A stretch of DNA of 58,110 nt. It comes from Poseidonia sp. (lineage in GTDB: Archaea > Thermoplasmatota > Poseidoniia > Poseidoniales > Poseidoniaceae). Shown here piece after piece: positions 52,173 through 58,110 of this stretch (position 1 is its first letter; every line of letters begins with the position of its first letter). The translations under genes and the position numbers were made by a program. The DNA lies in the NCBI GenBank assembly GCA_049617635.1, contig JBMZJQ010000005.1, positions 1 to 58,110 of the forward strand, in the 5' to 3' direction. The notes beneath the pieces were generated by a model. That model was not told where the DNA came from and ran no database searches. It saw only the letters and a list, made by a program, of their open reading frames with translations.

Positions 52173-53231
52173 ATGGCAGAAATTCGTTTGCCAGAAAAAG
52201 AAGCCTTCTACCCGGAAGTTCAGGCCATCTCAAACCGAATCAGCAGCATCAGTGAAAAAAACACCATGGCACGACTGCTTCATTCAAATTTCAAAAATTG
52301 GCTTCAAACCTCCTCTGTCTCACCTGTCCAACTGACCAAGGACCTTGATGCCGATAAAAACGGCATGATTTCGGGAGAGGAATTTGCAGGACTTCTCGGC
52401 GCAATGACAGGAGAACGCCCCCCTGATTGGGTGGTTGAACTCGTCTTCTCCTTCGTCAAAGCCGATACCAACAAAGGCATTCCTATCGTTGATTGGATGG
52501 CATTTTTGGCAGCAAGCGGCCTTGAAATTCCAAATGATTTGTTTGAGCAACCCGTCGTCATCACCGGATCCTTGTTGATTCATGAACACGAAGTCACCGT
52601 CGGCGATTCCATCACGGTCCACGCCTCGTTCAACGAGCCGGTTGACGCCTACGAAACCAAGGTGACCAACACGAACACCGGCCAAACCGAAGCTTTTGTC
52701 ACCAGCAGCGACGAAATGGACTCGCCGACCTTCGACGAATTCGTCCTTGAATCCGACGAAGAAGGCGTGTTTCGCGTTGAACTTCTCCACCACGGTGTTC
52801 GTCTCGACGAGGGCGAATTCACAGCCTTTGCGGCCCCTGAAGCACCTGAGGAGGTGGAGATTGTCGAACAGGTACACGATGAACACCAGATGCCAGCCAC
52901 CCCCGCTGTTGCTGTCGAAGAGGAGGGTTTCTCGGCCTTGCTTGAGCACCTGGCGGAAGCCAAACTGCGAAGCGATACCGAACAGATCATCGGCCAAACC
53001 TCTGCGTACGCTGTGAACTTCACCGTGAAGACCATCGAACGGACGTTGATGGGGACCGAGGCCTACACCGGAGGGTCAACCCTGACCTGCACGACCGATG
53101 ACGGCGCTGAATTTGCTCTCATGATGAGAAGCGACGAGCGTGTGTTTTCCAAAGGTCAGCACCTCCACGCCGTGGTGGTTCCTCACGCATGGTCGGTGGC
53201 CTTACGCCGCCTTGTTTGCCGAGAGCAGTGA
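52173..53231 (+). CDS. EF-hand domain protein
   Basis: LDADKNGMISGEEF is a canonical EF-hand loop. It is followed by an Ig-like segment and an OB-like C-terminus. SD GGAGGTG. Confidence 0.7.
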   Translation: MAEIRLPEKEAFYPEVQAISNRISSISEKNTMARLLHSNFKNWLQTSSVSPVQLTKDLDADKNGMISGEEFAGLLGAMTGERPPDWVVELVFSFVKADTNKGIPIVDWMAFLAASGLEIPNDLFEQPVVITGSLLIHEHEVTVGDSITVHASFNEPVDAYETKVTNTNTGQTEAFVTSSDEMDSPTFDEFVLESDEEGVFRVELLHHGVRLDEGEFTAFAAPEAPEEVEIVEQVHDEHQMPATPAVAVEEEGFSALLEHLAEAKLRSDTEQIIGQTSAYAVNFTVKTIERTLMGTEAYTGGSTLTCTTDDGAEFALMMRSDERVFSKGQHLHAVVVPHAWSVALRRLVCREQ

Positions 53232-54401
53232 TCACTTCAGCGCTCGTGCGATGACAATTCGCTGCACTTCTTGGGTGCCTTCGTAGATTTGCGTGATCTT
53301 CGCGTCTCTGAAGAACCGTTCAACCGGGAATTCCTTGGTGTAGCCGTACCCACCGAGCACCTGAATGGCTCGCTCGGACACCCACATGGCCGTGTCACCG
53401 GCGAACAACTTGGCCATGCTGGCTTCCTTTGAGTGGCGTGGTCCATCGGCGTGGTAGTGCTGTTCTTTGGTCCAAGCAGCTTTGTAGACGAGCAACCGGG
53501 CCGCTTCAATTTGGGTGGCCATGTCGGCCAAATACGCCATGATCATCTGGTGGTGAGCGATGGGTTTGCCAAAGGCTTCACGCTCGTGAGCGTACTGCAG
53601 GGCGGACTCGTATGCACCTTGGGCGATGCCAAGCGCTTGAGCAGCGATGCCGATTCGGCTGTTGTCGAGGGCGTTCATGGCGATGGGGAACCCGTTGCCC
53701 ACGCCTTTGATGACGTTCTCAACAGGGACTTTGCAGTCGTTGAGAACGAGGGTGCAAGTGTCAGAGGAACGAATGCCGAGTTTGTCCTCTTTCTTTCCAA
53801 CCGAATAGCCTTCAAAGTCTGCATCGACGATGAACGCGGTGGTGCCACCGTGCTTCTTTGAACCGTAATCGGGATGGTCGACATCCTTGGCAAACAGCAC
53901 CAGAATTTTCGCTTGGGCACCGTTGGTCACCCACATCTTCTCTCCGTTCAAGATGTAATGGGTGCCGTCGTCGGACAATTTCGCCTTGCACGACATGGCA
54001 GCGGCATCGGTTCCAGCACCTGCTTCAGAAAGTGAGTAGGCACCTACTTCGCCGGCTGCGAGACGAGGGAGGTAGGTGCTCTTCTGATGTTCATCGCCGT
54101 GGAGGGCGATGGTCATGGAACACAAACCGACATGGACACAGAACATCACGGCGAACGAAGGATCGACACGAGCCAGTTCTTCGATGATGATGGCTTCGGA
54201 TACATCGTCGATGGGTGAGCCACCGTAGGCTTCCGGAATCGTGATGCCGTGCAGACCGTATTCAAGGAAGGCTTGCCATTCCTCAGCGGGTGGAATTTGG
54301 TTTTGGTCCCGATGTTCGACCGTCGGAGCGAGAACGGTTTCAGCAAAGTCCCTAACCAGTTCTCGAATCATTTGCTGTTCGTCGGTTTCTCCGAAAATCA
54401 T
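53232..54401 (-). CDS. Acyl-CoA dehydrogenase
   Basis: YSLSEAGAGTDA, LNGEKMWVTNG, KLGIRSSDT, REAFGKPI, QVLGGYGY, QIYEGT. Confidence 0.96.
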   Translation of the reverse strand: MIFGETDEQQMIRELVRDFAETVLAPTVEHRDQNQIPPAEEWQAFLEYGLHGITIPEAYGGSPIDDVSEAIIIEELARVDPSFAVMFCVHVGLCSMTIALHGDEHQKSTYLPRLAAGEVGAYSLSEAGAGTDAAAMSCKAKLSDDGTHYILNGEKMWVTNGAQAKILVLFAKDVDHPDYGSKKHGGTTAFIVDADFEGYSVGKKEDKLGIRSSDTCTLVLNDCKVPVENVIKGVGNGFPIAMNALDNSRIGIAAQALGIAQGAYESALQYAHEREAFGKPIAHHQMIMAYLADMATQIEAARLLVYKAAWTKEQHYHADGPRHSKEASMAKLFAGDTAMWVSERAIQVLGGYGYTKEFPVERFFRDAKITQIYEGTQEVQRIVIARALK

Positions 54402-54519
54402 ACGCTCCCCAGCCTGCCGAGTGTGTGGAGTTTCTTAACCCGTTTGTTCGTTCAAAAAAACAGTTTCTTCCTCAGTATTCATATACCACCTGTGGAAGGC
54501 GCGTTTAGGAGGAAACAGA

Positions 54520-54945
54520 ATGGATGATGAAATCGTCGAGTTCGTAATCGCTCAAGACCGCAAATATTCGATGGACCACTTGTGGTTCCAACAAAAAGAA
54601 CAGAAACTCATGATCGGCGTGAGTGAGTTCCTCCGCATTGAAATCGGCGACATTCTCCGCGTGATTCTGCCTCAAGCCGAAACCGAGGTGGACGAAGGCG
54701 GCAGCCTCTTCTCGCTGTGGAGTGCTGACGAGAAGGTCTCTCTTTCCTCTCCCTTTTCCGGCGTCATCTCCGACGTGAACGGTGAAGTGGAAATCAATCC
54801 AGATTTGGTCAACGATTCCGCCTACAACGACGGTTGGATCATTCTGTTGGAACCCCATGAATTGCAGGTCAACCCTGAGGACAAGCAACTCCTCGAGAAC
54901 CTCATGGAGCACGACGAATACGTCGAGTACCTCGCAGAGCTTTGA
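54520..54945 (+). CDS. Glycine cleavage H-like protein lacking the lipoyl-lysine
   Basis: KYSMDHLW, IGVSEF...IGDI, SPFSGVISDVN, PDLVNDSAYNDGWI. The canonical ESVK is replaced by WSAD. Confidence 0.8.
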   Translation: MDDEIVEFVIAQDRKYSMDHLWFQQKEQKLMIGVSEFLRIEIGDILRVILPQAETEVDEGGSLFSLWSADEKVSLSSPFSGVISDVNGEVEINPDLVNDSAYNDGWIILLEPHELQVNPEDKQLLENLMEHDEYVEYLAEL

Positions 54946-55583
54946 CCCCGCCAACTGAGCGGGACCGCATCATCCCGAAGGATGATGAACTCACACCCTT
55001 TCCAAGACCCATGAGCGACGCCATGGCCCAACTCCGTGAGAGTCTCAAAGCAGCCCCCGTTATTTGGAAAGGCGAATATCCATACTTCATCCATCCCATC
55101 ACCGACGGCGTGCCTCGTATGCACCCCGATGTGTTGACCGCCATCACTGAACTGGTCGTTGAGCGGGTGGATTGGAACAACGTGGATCTCTTGCTAGGCA
55201 TCGAAGCCATGGGCCTTCCGCTCACGGCACCGCTGAGCATGGCCACCGGCATCCCGCTGGTCATTGCACGAAAACGCTCCTACGGCCTTGAAGGGGAGGT
55301 CGAAATCGACCAATCAACGGGCTACTCAAAGGGGGCGATGTACCTCAACAACCTCAAGGAAGGTGAACGCATTGCCATCCTCGACGACGTGCTCTCCACC
55401 GGAGGCACCCTTGAGGCCGTCATTGAAGGTGTTCGTCGAGCCGGTGCCCACGTCACCGAAATCATCGCTGTCGTGGAAAAAGGCGGCGGGCTCAAGCGCC
55501 TCCAGGGCTTGTACCCGGACATCAACATTCAATCGCTGGTCCGACTCGAAATGGACGGTGCCACGGTGGTTCTCCTCGACTGA
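54942..55583 (+). CDS. hpt: Archaeal-type purine (hypoxanthine/guanine) phosphoribosyltransferase
   Basis: GEYPYFIHPITDGVP, EAMGLPL, ARKRSYGL, TGYSKG, ILDDVLSTGGT. Confidence 0.85.
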   Translation: MTPPTERDRIIPKDDELTPFPRPMSDAMAQLRESLKAAPVIWKGEYPYFIHPITDGVPRMHPDVLTAITELVVERVDWNNVDLLLGIEAMGLPLTAPLSMATGIPLVIARKRSYGLEGEVEIDQSTGYSKGAMYLNNLKEGERIAILDDVLSTGGTLEAVIEGVRRAGAHVTEIIAVVEKGGGLKRLQGLYPDINIQSLVRLEMDGATVVLLD

Positions 55584-55638
55584 ATGTCAATGGGTGCCTT
55601 CATGAGGGAGCGGCCACGCCGCAGGGTTGAGGGAGAAC

Positions 55639-56748
55639 ATGGATCTCGACCGCCATGACTTCGAACTGGACGAGTTGATGGAGCGCATTCGCGCCAACGA
55701 CAACCGACTCATTGCTCTACAAGTGCCCGAAGGGCTCAAGATGCAAGCGCTTGAAATGATGGACACCATTGAAACCGAAACCAGTGCCCAAGTTGTGCTC
55801 GCCGCTGACCCCTGCTACGGGGCATGCGACCTGGTGCACGACAAGATGCAACTCATGGGTGTCGAGTTGGTCGCCCACATGGGCCATTCCCAAATGAACA
55901 TCGATTCAGGAATGCCGACGCAATTCATCAACGTCACCTACGACGGTGACCCCGAACTCAGTCCCGTCCTTCCGTGGCTGGAACAACATCGGGCCATGGC
56001 CCAAGCGCGCCTTGCTGACCAAGGCAACACCACCGAATTGACCGAGGAAGAGGCCCAAGAGCGGTTCATGGATGCTGTCGGGCGCATGGCACCGCTCACC
56101 GATACCAAACTCGGCTTGGTGGGCTCCATTCAACACCTCCATCTCCTACCCGACTTCCATGACCGTTTGGAGAAGGCGGGCTTCGACGTCACCATCCCCA
56201 TCGGCGGCGCACGCCTCTCGTTCCCCGGGCAAGTGTTGGGCTGCAACTACTCCGGAGACGACCCTTCCATCGGCCACTACCTCTTCCTTGGAAGCGGCGA
56301 TTTCCATCCCATCGGTCTGGTCCTTCACACGGGCAAACCGCTGGCGATGCTTGACCCGTACACAGGCGACGCTGAAGAAATGTCCCTTGAACGCATTGAG
56401 CGCATCCTCCGCCAGCGTTTTGGCCTCATCATGAGCGTCCAAGATGCCAACTCGTTTGGGATCTTGATCGGCGAGAAACCCGGCCAAATGCGGCGTACAC
56501 TCGCTTTGCGCATGAAGCGCATGTTGGCCAAGCACGGCAAGAAAGGCTACTTGCTCGCTCTCGAGCACGTTGGTCCTGAACTCATCGACTTCTATCCCGT
56601 GGACGCCTTCGTGAACACGGCTTGCCCTCGCATCGCCATCGATGACGCCGTCAAATACCGCAAACCGCTCATCACCCCCTTCGAACTCGAAGTGGCGCTG
56701 GGTGAAAAGCAGTGGGAGACCGGATATCAGTTCGACGAAATCCCTTGA
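55639..56748 (+). CDS. dph2: Diphthamide biosynthesis enzyme Dph2
   Basis: LQVPEGLK, PCYGACD, GQVLGC, GSGDFH, KPGQ, VNTACPRIAIDD. The three Fe-S Cys motifs are present. Confidence 0.95.
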   Translation: MDLDRHDFELDELMERIRANDNRLIALQVPEGLKMQALEMMDTIETETSAQVVLAADPCYGACDLVHDKMQLMGVELVAHMGHSQMNIDSGMPTQFINVTYDGDPELSPVLPWLEQHRAMAQARLADQGNTTELTEEEAQERFMDAVGRMAPLTDTKLGLVGSIQHLHLLPDFHDRLEKAGFDVTIPIGGARLSFPGQVLGCNYSGDDPSIGHYLFLGSGDFHPIGLVLHTGKPLAMLDPYTGDAEEMSLERIERILRQRFGLIMSVQDANSFGILIGEKPGQMRRTLALRMKRMLAKHGKKGYLLALEHVGPELIDFYPVDAFVNTACPRIAIDDAVKYRKPLITPFELEVALGEKQWETGYQFDEIP

Positions 56749-56837
56749 TTCGTGCGCTCTTGCCTGCCAAAAGGGCCGCTGGAAGCGAAATTGACAACCA
56801 CATCTTTTAGAACGGTTGACAACAGCATTCCCTTGAT

Positions 56838-58040
56838 ATGACGTGGTACTTGGACCGCATCGGCGCTGGGCTCATCATCGCCCATCCAGAGATGTTGGAT
56901 TTCGATTATGTTCCTGAGGAACTCGTTGGCCGAGAGGATATCCAAACCGAATTGGCCTCCAAGTTTACCACCGTAGGAACGCCGGAAGGGGCGGCTCGAG
57001 CCGTGATCACCGGCCCTGTGGGAAGCGGAAAGACGGTGCTCGCCAAAACCTTCTGTCGGGATTTACAACGCCACCTCTCGGGTAAACGCGAAATCAAGGT
57101 GGCTCATGTGAACTGCCGAAACGCTTCCACCAGCATGCGTGTTGCCCAGCGCATCCTCCACCAGTTTGACCCCGGTCACCCCGACCGTGGACTCTCGTTG
57201 GGAGAACTGCTGCTCAGTTTGCGGAAAATGCTGCGCAGAACCTCGACTCATCTCATCGTGGTGCTCGACGAGGTGGACCATATGCTGCGTCGTTCAGGGG
57301 ACGAATTGCTCTACCAGTTGCTCCGAATTGACGAGGACCAAGATGGAACGGGAACGCTCTCGCTCATCCTCATCAGTCAAGAGCAGGTGCTGGACGTCCT
57401 CGAAACGGCGGTGTTATCGAAATTTGGACAGTCCAACCATGTCCGGGTTCCCCCTTACACGGTTGATGGACTGGAAGCCATCGCCCGTCATCGAGCCTCG
57501 TTGGCATTGGTGCACGGGACATGGGACGATGGCATCATGAGGTTGCTGGCAGAACGTGCTGGTGACAGCGGTGATGCTCGACGAGTGATCGAATACCTGA
57601 GCAGCGCTGCGGAACGAGCGGAATTCCGTCAGGACGGCCACAGCGAACAAGCCATCACGGTGGACGACCTCCATGCGGTCAACGATATCTTGGCCACCGA
57701 TACCAGCCACCGAGTGGAAATCGTTGACGACCTTCCCGCCCAAGGCATGCTGGTGCTGCTGGCCATGTGTCGGCGCCTGCGAAACGAGGACACCATGACC
57801 ATGGGCGATGTTGAACAACTCTACGCCGTGGTGTGTGAAGAGTACGAGCAGAAGCCGAAAAGCCACACCACGTTGTGGAAATACGTCAAGGACATCGAAC
57901 AGGGAGGCATCATCACCACGCGCGTGGCGACCGTCCCCGGTGGACGGGGTCGAACCACCCACCTCAGCATGCCTCACTTCCTGCCCGCTGACCTCGCCAA
58001 CCGGTTGGAATTGCTTCTCCCCAAGCGCTTGCGGCGCTAA
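56838..58040 (+). CDS. cdc6: Orc1/Cdc6 replication initiator
   Basis: LDFDYVPEELVGRE, GPVGSGKT, HVNC, VVLDEVD, PPY, GDARR, and C-terminal winged helix with GRGRTT. Confidence 0.93.
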   Translation: MTWYLDRIGAGLIIAHPEMLDFDYVPEELVGREDIQTELASKFTTVGTPEGAARAVITGPVGSGKTVLAKTFCRDLQRHLSGKREIKVAHVNCRNASTSMRVAQRILHQFDPGHPDRGLSLGELLLSLRKMLRRTSTHLIVVLDEVDHMLRRSGDELLYQLLRIDEDQDGTGTLSLILISQEQVLDVLETAVLSKFGQSNHVRVPPYTVDGLEAIARHRASLALVHGTWDDGIMRLLAERAGDSGDARRVIEYLSSAAERAEFRQDGHSEQAITVDDLHAVNDILATDTSHRVEIVDDLPAQGMLVLLAMCRRLRNEDTMTMGDVEQLYAVVCEEYEQKPKSHTTLWKYVKDIEQGGIITTRVATVPGGRGRTTHLSMPHFLPADLANRLELLLPKRLRR

Positions 58041-58110
58041 ATGGCTCATCGTTGCAGACGATGGGGCTAAATACGGGTCTTGAGTCGGACAAATCCCGAG
58101 AGGTGCTCCT

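Noticed and set aside
56749-56837. Replication origin next to cdc6 (CCGCTGGAAGC resembles a mini-ORB)
   Set aside because: The gap is only 89 bp, with a single degenerate match, no repeated ORBs and no AT-rich unwinding element. The downstream side is cut off by the window end.

Overview
A gene-dense chromosomal window from an archaeon. Evidence: Cdc6/Orc1, Dph2, Cgi121, Hel308, multi-OB RPA, an archaeal class III pilin signal, GGAGGTGA-type Shine-Dalgarno (SD) sites and TATA-like boxes. It also carries many bacterial-type genes (mutS1-mutL, gyrBA, moaA, class II CCA enzyme, tldD/E) and secreted or PKD peptidases. This mix is most consistent with Marine Group II Euryarchaeota (Ca. Poseidoniales); that assignment is inferred from gene content only. 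About 45 CDS tile the window almost completely. I saw no rRNA, tRNA, CRISPR array, transposase or integrase. The most unusual signals are: (1) a stripped-down Tad/type IV pilus motor operon led by a small ORF resembling phage-tail 'DNA circularisation N-terminal'/tube-initiator proteins, between the RPA genes and a triple-SAP-domain protein; (2) a membrane-anchored Smr-like domain that keeps the DxH and GxG motifs; (3) a bacterial-type MutS with a canonical PCNA PIP box where bacteria have the beta-clamp motif; (4) a BRC/FxxA-like motif in a Hel308 insertion; (5) repurposed or minimal enzymes, namely a HemC-like protein lacking its catalytic motifs, a GcvH-like protein lacking the lipoyl lysine, a SerK-like core lacking its inserted domain, and Tmk with a long C-terminal extension. 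All family calls come from reading motifs by eye, not from database searches. Start codons were moved from the ORF track where SD sites or gene overlaps suggested a better start.
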